This document shows positions 13,968-26,560 of a stretch of 64,000 nt of DNA, piece after piece. The stretch is from assembly GCF_006345805.1 (NCBI RefSeq), contig NC_043024.1, positions 3,348,001-3,412,000 of the forward strand, read 5' to 3'. Position numbers and translations under genes: made by a program. Position 1 is the first letter of the stretch. The number at the start of each line of letters is the position of its first letter. The notes below the pieces were generated by a model, which saw only the letters and a list, made by a program, of their open reading frames with translations, did not search any database and had not been told where the DNA came from. This stretch comes from Octopus sinensis. Its lineage: Eukaryota.

Positions 13968-14898
13968 GGCTAAAGTATGCTGGAGATGACTATTGGAATA
14001 GTTGTTTGGAAGTGGTAAAATAACGAGTACTGAGTGAGAAAGAAGGGATACACTGAGTAATGCTCAACACATACAAACAGATGAGATGGTCATGGTTGGA
14101 CCACTTTTGATTATGGGTTAGCTCAATCAGGGATGAACTACAACTAAAACAAGTTCTGAATTATTTCTTTGTTGTAATCATGTTACCCACAATCACTATT
14201 ACATGATTTGGAAGTAATTTAAAATCAACAATTAATAAACTGAGTCAATGAGGGAGCTTGTATGTGGTTGCTTGAATTGCTAGAAATCGCACCCAAATAA
14301 ACTTCAAGAAATAAACAAGGCTGAAATGCTTGATCAGGTTCACATGGGCAGAACATAAATTAAAATAAGACATTTGCAGGCAGGTCCAAGCGTCCTATTA
14401 TTTTGCAGGCCTGAAAATAACAACCAAGATTTACCCAAAGTGACTGAGAAGATTCAGTAGAAAAGAATGAGAATTGTTGGTCATTGCATCGGTCACCTAG
14501 AAGAATCAGTGTGTCAACTGGTCTTATGACAGTTAGTTGAAAGAAGAATCAATAGGGGAAGAAAGCATCAAACCTATGTGGACAACTTGCTTTAAGGACA
14601 GTGGAATGACAAATGTTGAGAAATTAAAAACATGCATGGAGGACCGTGGTGGATAGTGTGCTTGTATAAAATCACTGAAGCATTTGGGAAGATGGCCAAA
14701 CTAAAACTGATGTGAAAGCGCTTACATGCTTAACCCTTTCTGTTGAAATAAGCTATCTTACCAACCACATGGTTCTGGGTTCAGTCCTACTGTATGGCAC
14801 CCTGGGCAAATGTCACGACCAAAGCCTCGTGAGTGGATTTGGTAGATGGAAACTGAAAGAAGCCTGTCGTATATATGTACATGTATGTATGTGTGTGA

Positions 14899-14930
<32 letters not shown>

Positions 14931-17142
14931 GTATGTTTGTTTGTCCCCCCCCCCAACATTGCTTGACAACCGATGCTGGTGTGTTTGCACCCCGTAACTT
15001 AGCAGTTCAGCAAAAAGAGACCAATAGAATAGGTACTAGGCTTCCAAAGAATAAGTCCTGGTCTATTTGCTCGACTAAAGGCGGTGCTCCAGCATGGCTG
15101 CAATAAAATGACTGAAACAAGTAAAAGAGTAAAAGTGTACCTTTACTTCAATTAATTTTGAAATTAATGAAGAATTTGGTAAATTAACTTTGTCATTATT
15201 AAGCTTATGTTTGGAATATAAATTAACGTGAAATTTTGATGGAAGATTTTTAGTTTTGGTCAATTTAAAATGATGGGTTGGTTATTAAAGGAATTCAATA
15301 TATTCTAGTAGTTGTTTACCTCTTCGTCAGTCTTGATCAAAAACACTTATGATGAAAAGCATTCCAGCCATGACAATCCTGTCCTTTTAAAGCTAGCTAG
15401 GAATATATATTATACAATGTCCTTCCCTGCTCTTTATAAGGGACATTTGACTTATTTCTAATAGGTCAATTGAAAAAGTTCTTACCATTTTTCATTCCAT
15501 TTCCCACCTCCTGGCAATTTTTCAAAACTAAATTTACCCCACCCACCCTCCTTATTTTGCTCAATATGACCTTGCACTTTTATCATGCTAAAACAACAAA
15601 CAAAGAGGAAATTTTTAAATAACTGTTTTTCAACATTATTATTTTAATTACAAATAACAATAAAAACAGTCACATCACAATGTTATTACACTTAATAATG
15701 ACCTAATGAATAGATACCAGAACCAAACACATTCTTCTAAATTAGACTGAATTAACAACAGCAATTATGAATTACACAATACAAATTGTTAAATTCTAAG
15801 TGAAACAATGACCAGATTTGATATTCTTTCACAAAACAGGATTACTTCATATTTTCTCAACATCAAATTTTGTACAAAAAAAAAGTACAAATCCAGAACC
15901 AGCAAAGTTAATTAATGAGAAGGTAAAATTTATCCTAATTTCAGGGCCCTAGATGTCGAGGCCTCCCTCTATGGCTCAATTTGGCTTGAGTGTTAGACCA
16001 GAAAAATGTACATCATCAACATTTAAAGTCCATTGTCTATGCTGGTATGAATTGGATGGTTTGACCAGGGTTGGCAAGCTGAGGGACTGCACCAGACTCC
16101 AGTCTGATTAGGTATGGTTTCTACAGCTCGCTAACCTTCCTAATGCCAACCACTATGAGAATGTAATGGGTGCTTTTATGTGCTGCTGGCATGGGTGCTG
16201 GTTACGTGACACCAGTATCTGTCATGACTGATTTCACTCGGCTTGATGGGTCTTGTACTCAAGCAAGGCATGTTACTAAAGGTCTGTCATTTGTGGTTGC
16301 CTCCATGAGGCCCAATGCTCAAAAGTGGTTTTTACATGCCACCAGCACAAGTGCCAATTGCGCAACACTAGCATCAGTCACATTGCCTTCGTGAAGCTCA
16401 ATGCTCAAAAGCTGCTTCTTACATGTCACGAGCACAGGTGCTAATTACACGACACCAGCATCATCCACATTGCTTCCATGAGGCCCAACACTCAATAGAT
16501 GGTTTTTATGTGCCACAAGCATTGGTCATGACAATGATTTCACTTAGCTTGACAGGTCTTCTCAAACATGGCATATCACCAAAGGTTTCGAACACTAGTC
16601 ATTGCCTCCATGAGGCCCAACATTTGGAGATCATGTTTCATCACCTCATCCCATGTCTTCCTGGGCCTACCACTTCCATAGGTACCCTCCACATAGTTGG
16701 GAAGCAAGTTTCTTAACCACACAGCCAAGATGCAGATGTGGTTACATGGTTAAGAAGACTGCTTTCCAGTTATGAGGTGTTCAATTCAGTCCCACTGCAC
16801 AACAACTTGGGCAGGCGGGTCTTCTCCTACAGTCCCAGGCTGACCAAAGTCATGTGAGTGGATTTTGTAGATGGAAACTTCCATGAAAAATACGGTAAGG
16901 ATTAGCATTAGGAAGGGCATCTGGCTGTAACAAATCTGCATCAACAAATTCTATCTGACCCATGCAAGCATGGCAGACAGCATGTTAAATAATGATGATA
17001 GCTCTTAAGCAAGTTAACAGCCATTTAGCACAACCCAGGAACTGAATATGGTGTGTCAGACAAACAATGCCTGAAATAACACACAACAACCAATGGAAGA
17101 TTTTATATGTATGTATGTATACATATTTATTACACACATGTA

Positions 17143-17359
17143 GGAGGAGGTGCTGAAAAGTTCCTGGCTTTAAGGGTATTGTGAAAGGCCTGGTTGGGGG
17201 CCCAACCTTCCAAGTTCTTTTACAGGGCTGAGAAAAACTGAAGGACCACTGCAATGAGTATGTGAATCTGAGAGGGGAATATGATGAATAAAATCATAAC
17301 TAACTAACCCTCCTGTATTTTCTTTTACCCAAAGCCAGGAAGTTTTCAGCCCCACCCAT
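17143..17359 (+). mobile_element. Mariner-derived MITE (internal deletion derivative)
   Basis: TIRs GAGGTGCTGAAAAGTTCCTGGCTTT / AAAGCCAGGAAGTTTTCAGCCCCAC. The interior retains a mariner C-terminal remnant (KLKDHCNEYVNLRGEYDE*). Confidence 0.8.
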
Positions 17360-17543
17360 TTGTGTGCGTGTCTGTAGGCACAGGCATGGTTGTGTGGTAA
17401 GAAGCTTGCTTCCCAGCCACATGGTTCCTGGTTCAGTCCCACTGCGTAGCACCTTGCATAAGTGTCTTCTATTATAGTCTTGGATCAACCAAAGCCTTGT
17501 GAATGGATTTGGTAGATGGAAACTAAAAGAAGCCCGTCATATA

Positions 17544-18461
17544 CTGGGTCATCCCATAAATAATACAGTTTTTTCAATTGCAAGAACTAAAAGTCTGAGG
17601 GGGACAAGATAAACTACCTGCATCAACTTGCTATAAAAGCAGGTAGTAATTTTACCTTGGACTTATTCTTTTGTACAAGTTTTGAAGAATGCAGTTCAAT
17701 TTTAAGTTATTTTTTCAAAGCTGTAATGGAAATGACAGAGGAGCATTTTTGCCATATTTTGGTTTGTGAGTTCAATAAAGGCAACAACGCAAGGGAAAGT
17801 GTGAAGAATATTAATGCAGTTTATAGGGATCGGACAATAACTATACTCCAGTGTCAACAATGGTTCCAGAAACTCTGAGCTAGAAACTAGTCTTGAAAAC
17901 AAGCCTCATCTGTAGAGCTCAATGAGGATGTCCTGCAAACCCTGGTGGAATAAAATCCCACCTTAACTGTTGAGGAACTAGCAGAGACTTGGATTTGGTC
18001 AGTCAACCATTCATCGACATCTGCGTGTCATCGGAAAAGTCAGTAATTTGGGTCAATAGGTTCCTTATAAACTTTCCAAGTCTAATTGCATGCTGAGAGT
18101 GAATGTGTGCTCTCCTTTATGAATGAAACTTTTTTGAACTGAATAGTGACTGATGATAAGAAATGGGTTCTCTACAAAAAATGTCAAGTGCTGAAGACAG
18201 TGGGTAGGGAAAGGAGAAACACTAGCACCCCAGGCTAAAGAAGGTCTTCACTCATGTAGGGTGTTGTTATCTGTTTGGTGGGATGTGAAAGGTTTAGTCC
18301 ACTTTAAACTTTTAAGCCCAAAGCAAACAATAAAAATCTACAGCAAGCAGCTTGAGCAACTTAAGTGAGCACTAGAAGAAAAACGACCATCTTTGGTTTC
18401 AAGATGAAAGATGTTCTTCCATCAGGATAATGCTCAGCCATATACAGTGAGGATGACATTC
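17544..18461 (+). pseudogene. Mariner transposase remnant (left TIR present, 3' truncated) inserted in a SINE
   Basis: MEMTEEHFCHILVCEFNKGNNA...CQQWFQK, then decayed VPYKL, VTDDKKWVLY, LLSVWWD and FHQDNAQP motifs. Preceded by TA. SINE halves at about 17376-17541 and 18462-18535. Confidence 0.9.
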
Positions 18462-18590
18462 CTATACATTCGACTAAAAATTCAAGGCGGTGCCCCAACA
18501 TGGCCGCAGTCTAAAGAGTGAAATAAGTAAAAGATATATAGATACACACATATACAAACTTAAAAAAAAAAGATAATCAACAGTACATAC

Positions 18591-18652
18591 CAAATCAAAC
18601 ACAGCAGCTGTCTTCAAGAAGATCGAATGTTAGCTAAAGCTTTTAAAGGCAT
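18591..18652 (-). other. Candidate non-coding exon of the minus-strand transcript
   Basis: Acceptor TTTTCCAATGTTTCAG, donor TTG|GTATGT. Stops in all three frames. Confidence 0.45.
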
Positions 18653-18706
18653 CTGAAACATTGGAAAATATAAATAATTATTAGTGACAGAAGTAGTATT
18701 AATATC

Positions 18707-19005
18707 AAGGCAATATTTATATCCAACTTAACAATGACTGTTGTGTTAGAACACCAAATACTGCAATAGCTACCTAGAGAGAACCTCTCATACAGACCCT
18801 TGGTGCATAAAAGCACTCGTATCTATATCATTGGCAAACGAGAATCATCTGCAGCAGCCGCTGGAAACTGCAAATAATTGTCTGTCAATGATATGAGTGC
18901 TTTTACGCACCGCAAGTTTATACAAGATGTTCTCTCTAGGTAAATAATGCAGTATTTGGTGTTCTGACAAAACATCCACATTAAGTTGGACATAAAGGTT
19001 GCCTT
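18707..19005. repeat. Imperfect palindrome of about 300 bp (foldback/MITE-like)
   Basis: Arms align along their length, e.g. TCCAACTTAA, AGAACACCAAATACTGCA, TACCTAGAGAGAAC and TAAAAGCACTC with their reverse complements. Loop about 10 nt near 18855-18865. Confidence 0.85.
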
Positions 19006-19834
19006 TCATAAATATATTTATATATAGGCACAGACGTAGCTGTGTGGAAAGAAGCTTGCTTCCCAACCACATGTTTCTGGGTTCAGTCCCACTGTATGAC
19101 ACTTTGGACAATTGTCTTCTACGATAGCCTTGGGCCAGCCAAAGCCTTGTGTGTGGATTTGGTAGACAGAAACTGAGAGAAGCCTGTCATATATATATAT
19201 CTTTACATATATAAAACTGAGAATGTGTGTGTGTGTGTGTCTGTGTGTTTCCCTAAAACTTGAGAACTACACAACCAATTTCATTCAAATTTTACACATG
19301 ACTTACTTAGGGTCCAGGGAGTGTCATCGGCAAAACAATTTTTTAACTTTTTGCCTAGGGCGAGCCCACAGCAATATCATATCTTTTCCACTACGATTCC
19401 CTAAAACTTGAGAACTACACAACCAATTCCATTCAAATTTTACACATGCCTTACTTAGGGTCCATGTAGTTTCATGGGCAAAAAAAATGTTCAACTCCTT
19501 GCCTAGAGCGAGCCCATAGCAATATCATATCTTCTCCACTATTTCAGTATTACGTGTTAAAAGTGAAACAAAAACGTTTCTCTATTTTATGTCAGATACT
19601 TTCACTTTAACAATAAAAATAATAATAACAATTGAATTATATGTAGTAGTAATAATTAAAATCAAACTAAAGTAACATGACAAAAGTAAAATAGCAATTG
19701 GTATAAATTGCACCAATGATTTGAACTTGAATAAGTGGTTTCACATGAATGGAATAAATAAAAAATAAAATTAGCGTGCAGAAATGGAATAGTCCAAATG
19801 GATAATAAAAAATTAAATTAAAGAAAAGACTATC

Positions 19835-20150
19835 TCTCTATATATAAACGGCGTTTGCTGTGCGTGTTTCTGTGTGTCTGTTTGCTTGTACACCCTGACC
19901 ACAGCTTTCAACCGATTCTGATGAAACTTGAACACCCATAAGCCAATGTCATAATTCAAAACTAACGCAGCGAAAATTTGAAAAGTTCCCCCAGTTCTGA
20001 AAAAAATCGATAAATTCGACATGGGGTCGAGAATCAAAACACAAACCGGATAATTTACCATCATTTTTTCCATTTTTTTGCTATAACTCTCTAAAATGAC
20101 TTTATAGTTATTTCCCTTACAAACTGAGCAACGCCGGGCGATACTGCTAG
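19835..20150 (+). mobile_element. Second short Helitron-like element
   Basis: Starts TCTCTATATATAAA and ends GAGCAACGCCGGGCGATACTGCTAG|T, typical Helitron termini. Confidence 0.65.
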
Positions 20151-20200
20151 TTGTCTATAAGTATACAATGTAAAAAAAAGATTTGAACACATGGAGGAAA

Positions 20201-22104
20201 TCTATCCACGTGTGTTGTGAGTTATTTTGTATGTGAAAATTGAAAAAAAAACTTTAAAATTGTCAAAAAATTGAATCGCGCGCGAGCCGTTTGCGCCGCT
20301 ACGTGTTTGAACCTTTATAGAAGGTGTGTCGACCCTCAAGTCATGGAGACTTACGCGGGGGTCGCCACAACAAAAAGTGACGAGTCTCTTAGAATAAAAG
20401 AAGTGTTCTTTAGAAAAGAACAATTGAAGGAATACGAGAAGTTCGTCAAAAGGGAGGGTGACAGCGTGAAGCTGGTCCCGCCTGTGGAAACAATAGAAGA
20501 GAAAAATAACAAGACGATAACGTATAGAACGCAAGATAGAAACACGAGAAAACTGGTGAGAGTGACGATTGAAGAAATAGAGAAATGTCTGGGGGACATC
20601 ATGAAAAAAGCGACTTTTGTAGACAGAGGAAAGAAATATGGTACGGTGGAGGTGAGATGCGCAACAAAGGAAGTGGCGGCCTCATTGGCTTCCACTGTCC
20701 TGAAAGCGGAAAATTTCACCATGTGGCCGACGTATAAAGGAAGACGAGGGGTACGGGTAAGAGTCCCAAAGGTGCCCCCAGATATTAAAACAGAAATGCT
20801 GGTAACAGCCATTATTGGGGCAGCAAAAGAGGAAGTAGAAATAGGGTCAATTAAGGAGACGAACGTTGTAAATTGGAAGGGATTCGGAGTAGAGTTGTGG
20901 CTGATGGCCACAATGGAAGACATCGAAAGATTTCCCTTCCAATAGAAATAGAAAACGAGAAAACAATTAGTGTAATAGTGGAAGGCAGAAAACCGAATTG
21001 CTACCTGTGCGGATCAAGAGGGCACATAAAAAAGGAATGTCCGCTGTATGAATTCACAGCGGAGCAAAAAGAGACACAAAGTGGAGAGAACGAACACGAA
21101 GGAAAGAACAGCGAAAACAAGAAAAGGAAATAACGGAGAAACAACAAGAGAAGGGAAGTAACAGCGCACTGAAGGAAAATGAAAACAAGGGGAAGATAGT
21201 AGAAAAGGAGCAAAATCACAGGGTGCAGAAGTAGTGGAGAAGGAGCCAAGGCAGAAGCAAGAGAAAGAAAAGGAAAGTACATTAAAGGAAAGAGAAAAAG
21301 CAGGAAAAGAACAAGAGAAGGAACAGAACCAAGAGAAGGAAAAGATGGTATGCAAAAAGGAAAAGAAACAACAGGAAAGGAACTTAAGGCACAGGGTAGA
21401 GAGACGGCAGACAAAGAGCCAAAAAGACAAGAGAAGGAAAAGAAAGAAGAGAAAGCAAAAAGAGAGAAAGAGAGAACCGAGGGAGGAGAAAAAAAAGGAA
21501 GTAAGTCCTAAGAGAAAAACTAGAGAAAACGTAGGTACGAATAGAAAATTCAAATACTATGGAACGTTGATCCATCACAGGCACTGTGAGGAGATGGAAG
21601 ATTTAATAAACGTAACAAACGGATATACGTGGGTCAGGATGGGCACCGAATGGAAAGAAACAGGTGCACTCGTCCACGAGAATGACGCCGAGGCGTTCAT
21701 CGAGGCAGCTGGCAAGAACGTGTCAAAACATATGAAATGCCGACTTACAAGGTGGCCTCGAACGATGGAAGTTTACTCAGATTTGGTAGACATAATGGAG
21801 TATATATAAAAAAAAGGTATTGTGAAAACTTTAATTTGAAATGATAAAAAGAACTTTAAATTCTGAAAAAAAAAAAAAAGAAATGTTGAACTTGTAAAAC
21901 TTTTGAAATGTATGTTGAAAATGTATAAAATGTTTTATTTGGAAAATATTGTTGACGAATAAAAAACAAATGACGAAATGTAACCGCTCGATTTCGGGGA
22001 TCGAGTGGGCATTACACCACATTGTACAAACTTCATAATTCATTATTCATTTTCCCGATTGTATTGTCCCATCTATGTAGCCCCTAGTGGGTAATAATAA
22101 AACA
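20201..22104 (+). mobile_element. ORF1-only (gag-like, zinc knuckle) non-autonomous non-LTR retroelement with 12-bp TSD
   Basis: Direct repeat ACATGGAGGAAA at 20189-20200 and 22105-22116. ATG at 20343, frameshift near 20940, CYLCGSRGHIKKEC (CX2CX4HX4C), K/E-rich linker, C-terminal domain ending at 21809. No RT/EN. A-rich 3' end. Confidence 0.85.
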
Positions 22105-24958
22105 ACATGGAGGAAAACACCTTTGAAAAGTGTCTTGGTGCAACTATGAAAGGTATCTAATCAGAGACGGTAAATTCACCACAATAGAAGCAAGGTTAGA
22201 GTCAACAGAGCGTGCAAGGGAGTACTCGACTCGAACTTGCAAAATAGAAATATTTTATTTTTACCTTTATATCTGGGATGTAGGACGTCCTGGAAAAAAA
22301 TTTTTAATGCCCCTCCCCACCCTAGAGGTAGGCTGGATTGTAGCCACACTTCTATACAAGAGGGAGGACAAGATACAATTGATCGAAATTACAAGAGACG
22401 GGTTAACAATTCCAGTCTGTTATATATTTTGAGTATTGTTATCACTAGCGATATCAAGATATAACTTTGTATTTTGTATTTTATGTGTAGATGTATATAT
22501 ATAGATGTACATGTAATATGTACACATATATATACACATATATACATGCACTAGCACTATGACCCGGCAACGACGGGTTTTAATGCTAGTATATATATAT
22601 ATATATATATATATATACAAGGCAATGTGGTTCATGCTGGTGTTGCATAACTAGTACCCATGCCAGTGGCACGTAAAAAGCACCTTTAGAGTGCTGAGCT
22701 TCATGGAGGCAATGACAAATGACTGAGACCTTCGGCAATATACCGTGCTTGAGTAAAAGACCTCATCAAGCCAAGTGAAATCATAGTTATGGCAGATACC
22801 TGAGTCACACAACTGGCAGCCATGCCAGTGACACATAAAAAGCACTCATTACACTCTTGGAGCAGTTGACATTAGGAAGGGCTAAATCAGCCTGAAGTCT
22901 GGTGCAGCCCCCTCAGCTTTCCAACCCTGGTCAAATCGTCCAACCCATGCCAGAATGGACAACAGGTATTAAATGACAATGATGAGATATAAGCAAAACA
23001 CAGGCATGTGACTAAGTTGAAGGCAGATTTACTTTTGCCTTTATAGCATGTAAAGAAAACAGAGTTGTAGGAGTGTACACAGCACATGTATTACAGCAGT
23101 ACTATGCGTAGCTTAAATACCGAGACTGAAAAGCAGGAGCAAATTATGCCACCTAATCTACAAAAAAAAATTTTTTAAATTAAATATTTTGCATTTTATG
23201 CAAAGTAATGAGAGTAACCTTAATTTTATTGAATTAGGTGCATACTTTTCCATAAAAAGAAAATGTTGCTATACATCTATTTTATTCAAGGTAACCCTAA
23301 CCCTACCTTACCTACCCAAGTGGCACGTCCCTGATATATATATACATAAATACATATATATATATATATGTACACACTCACACAAAACAAGCACTTAAAT
23401 GCAAAAATGCAAAACAAGGTGGAAAAAATAGCACTTGAATACCAAAAGGCAGAGTTATATGCTTTTATTAAAGCTGGGAGAAATCTTCACAAACAGTTAC
23501 TAAGAGTTTCAGGTTACCATTCATTAGGCAGTATGATCGCGACTGTCCAATAAACTAATGTGAAACTGAGTAACAGCTTGTGAAGAATTTTTTTTTAGCT
23601 TTAACGAAAGATAAGGCAACAGCACAAAAAGAAAACACATGAGAGACAAAATTTAAGAAACGTAACTAGTTTAAAACTTTAAAAAGGAACCTGACGTTTT
23701 GGATGCTAATTCTTCGTCAAGAGAAAGATAGAGAAATAAAAAATAAAGAGAATGAGAAAAGGTGAAGCAAGGTAGATAGAGGTCAGGTGGGAATACGATT
23801 CTATGAAGGGGATAAAAGAAGGGAGGAGGGGTAGAGTTGTGTCTGCAAGTATATGAGTATACGTGTAGAGATGGATGCGGGAGAGGTCTGGTTGTGCAGA
23901 TTTTTAGGGGGTGTGGGTTTCTTCGGGCATATGTAGTCGTGTGGAGGCATATACAGTGTCCATAAATTTGTCAAAGATGTGTGTGTGTCTGTCTGTCTGT
24001 TTCCCTAAAACTCGAGAACTACACAACCAATTTCATTCAAATTTTACACATGCCTTACTTTGGGTCCGGGGAGTGTCATCGGCAAAAATTTTTTGACTTC
24101 CAGTATAAACTAGAAAGGACTGCAGAGAAACAATAACATCGATGTCTCACATACACACATGACTGCAAAACTGATAACAAACCCAGGCCAGATGTGAAAT
24201 ATATACCCTAAATATAGATCAACTGATAATTTGGTCCCCGGCAAAATGTGATATGAAGACACCCCCATTCAAACAATTCAAGTATCTTAAATTTTTTAAA
24301 ATGCTGGATGACTGATGTATCTGTTAGTCTTTACTTGTTTCAGTCATGAGACTGCGGACATGCTGGAGCACTACTTTGAAGGGTTTAGCTGGACAAATCA
24401 ACCCCAGTACTTTTTTGCTTCAAAAGCCTGGTACTTATTCTTTCGGTCAATTTTAGCCGAACCGCCAAGTTACGGGGATGTAAGCAAACTATCAGCAGTT
24501 GTCACGCGGTGGTGGACAAACACACACACACATCCGACGGGTTTCTTCCAGTTTGTCTAATAAATCCATTCACAAAGCTTTGATTGGTTCGGGGATATAA
24601 TAGAACACTCTTGCCCAAGGTGCCTTGCAGTGGGACTAAACCCTAAACTACGTAGTTGGTAAGCAAACATCTTACCATGCAGCCACATCTAATGCGTTAC
24701 GTGAGGGCTCCCTATAGCTTCTAGTCAGTGGGAGATTTCCTTAAAAGTGAAGCACCTTACCATCTGGTCTAGCTGGACCGTAACCCTTTACAAGGGCCAG
24801 TATATGTTCTACAATCCTTCATATTACATAAGGCGCGGGTAACTTTTAAGTAGCAGTAAGCTTTAATTAAATTGCTCATTCATCCTCGTCGTTAATCATC
24901 CACGCCATTATTAAAACAGTAATTCTTTAAGTACAGAGTAAGCCATAACAACATTTAC

Positions 24959-25046
24959 TTAACCAGAGAGAAATCGTGAGCGAATGGGGAAGAGAGAGAA
25001 TTGTTCATATTAACAGGGGTGTGCCTAAATATCTGAGGAATTTTAG
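24959..25046 (-). other. Candidate exon of the minus-strand transcript
   Basis: Long T-tract plus TAG acceptor, donor AA|GTAAAT. Contains a short ATG frame MNNSLSSPFAHDFSLV. Confidence 0.5.
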
Positions 25047-25169
25047 CTAAAAAAAAAGAAAAAAAAAGGTAATGTTTACGATATATAAGCATGACCTTTC
25101 GCAGCCCAGACAGAAAGTCATTAAGAGCCACACGCGACCCTAATAGTGGTCCATGCTCGAGATGTAGAT

Positions 25170-25720
25170 TATACACACGGCGTTAATGCATCATATACAC
25201 ACACTCAGCGTTAATACATTATATAGACCATATAAACGGTGTAAATGTATTATATACACCACGGAGTCAATGTATTAGATATACATACAGCGTTAATGTC
25301 TCATACACTATGTACATGGGCAATGCATTATATACACCATATACAGTTAATAACATTAAAACATATCAATATACATCAAACTACATACATTGCTAACACA
25401 GACAATCCACATATACGTCAAATACACATCACACATATATATACATATAAATAAATATACGATATATACATCGAACAGAGCTTATACACTCAGACTGTAC
25501 ATTAAATATACCGTATATACATCGTCAATATATCAAAAGTAGTGTATGGCACCACACATACCATACATTATGTGGTATGTGTGGTGTATAGCATACACAC
25601 ATGGTCAATGCATCATGTTTAATATTCTTGTACGTCAATACGTCAGGTATATCGCATATACAATCATACATATACGCTGTTGAAACATGAAATACATTGG
25701 ACATGCGTTAATACATCATA
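25170..25720. repeat. Degenerate minisatellite, unit about 30 bp (CACGGCGTTAATGCATCATATACAC-like)
   Basis: Recurrent GCGTTAAT / GTCAAT..CAT.ATATACAC motifs. Confidence 0.6.
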
Positions 25721-25897
25721 CACACACACACACACAGAGATAAATTGATGTACACATACACACATCATTAATAAATCTAAATATACAGTATATACACCAA
25801 CACTTGAAAAATAACATATAAAATAGATGTGCGATACTTTGCTGCTCTATACTTTAAGAGTGTGATTCTTACTCGTATACATGATACATTGACAATC

Positions 25898-25933
<36 letters not shown>

Positions 25934-26413
25934 GCACACATATATAATGTTAGATATATTACACATACACACACGCATGGTCAATAGGCCTAAATCAAAA
26001 ATAACATACATTCATTCTTAGTGCATCAAATACATCGGACAAATATTGTTAATTGATGAGATATATACACACATCGTAAACACCTGAAATATATATATAT
26101 ATATATGCACATACAAAAACACATACACACCCAGCAACATACATGTTAGTACGATGACTGTTAACTGACCGTTCGCCCCTCCTTGCATCGGCCGTGCACT
26201 GTGTCTTGTGTCCGTCCGAAGACCTCTTTCGACCAACACAAATATAATCACACTGACCACTCTGATGTATAATAAATAATAGCCACAAGAATGTTAGGCC
26301 GAAAACAGAAGCCTTAACAAACATAACGCACCATGACAAATCATTTTAAAGATTGAAATAAGGAAAAAGAAAAAGGAAACAAGAAGAAGAAATAGGAAAG
26401 GAATTCAATTTAC

Positions 26414-26560
26414 CTGAAATAAAACCAAAGAATTCGAACAGAAAAACCTGCAGCAATGAACGAGGTGATGATGGGGGAGAGCAAAATAAAGGCCCTCTTC
26501 GTAATATAGCAGCTGTTAATTTAAGGTTTAAATAGTCTAAGGTCGTCTATAGAGACATAT
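26414..26560 (-). other. Candidate non-coding first/leader exon of a minus-strand transcript (5' boundary uncertain)
   Basis: Donor CAG|GTAAAT on the minus strand at 26414/26413. Repeat-free, CpG-retaining neighbourhood at about 26140-26940. No open frame. Confidence 0.4.

Larger units (their letters stand above)
19200..22589 (+). mobile_element. Non-autonomous Helitron-like element hosting nested insertions
   Basis: 5' TC after an AT microsatellite. 3' end ACCCGGCAACGACGGGT hairpin then CTAG|T at 22589. Internal tandem duplication of about 148 bp (19251-19545). Related fragment at about 23978-24095. Confidence 0.65.

Noticed and set aside
21001-21584. Minus-strand F/L/S-rich ORFs
   Set aside because: Antisense shadows of the purine-rich K/E linker.
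23291-23312. TAACCC repeats as interstitial telomere
   Set aside because: Only two perfect units.
23685-23730. Hammerhead-like remnant on the minus strand (TTGACGAAG...CAAAACGTC)
   Set aside because: Both core boxes are mutated; at most an old Penelope-type remnant.
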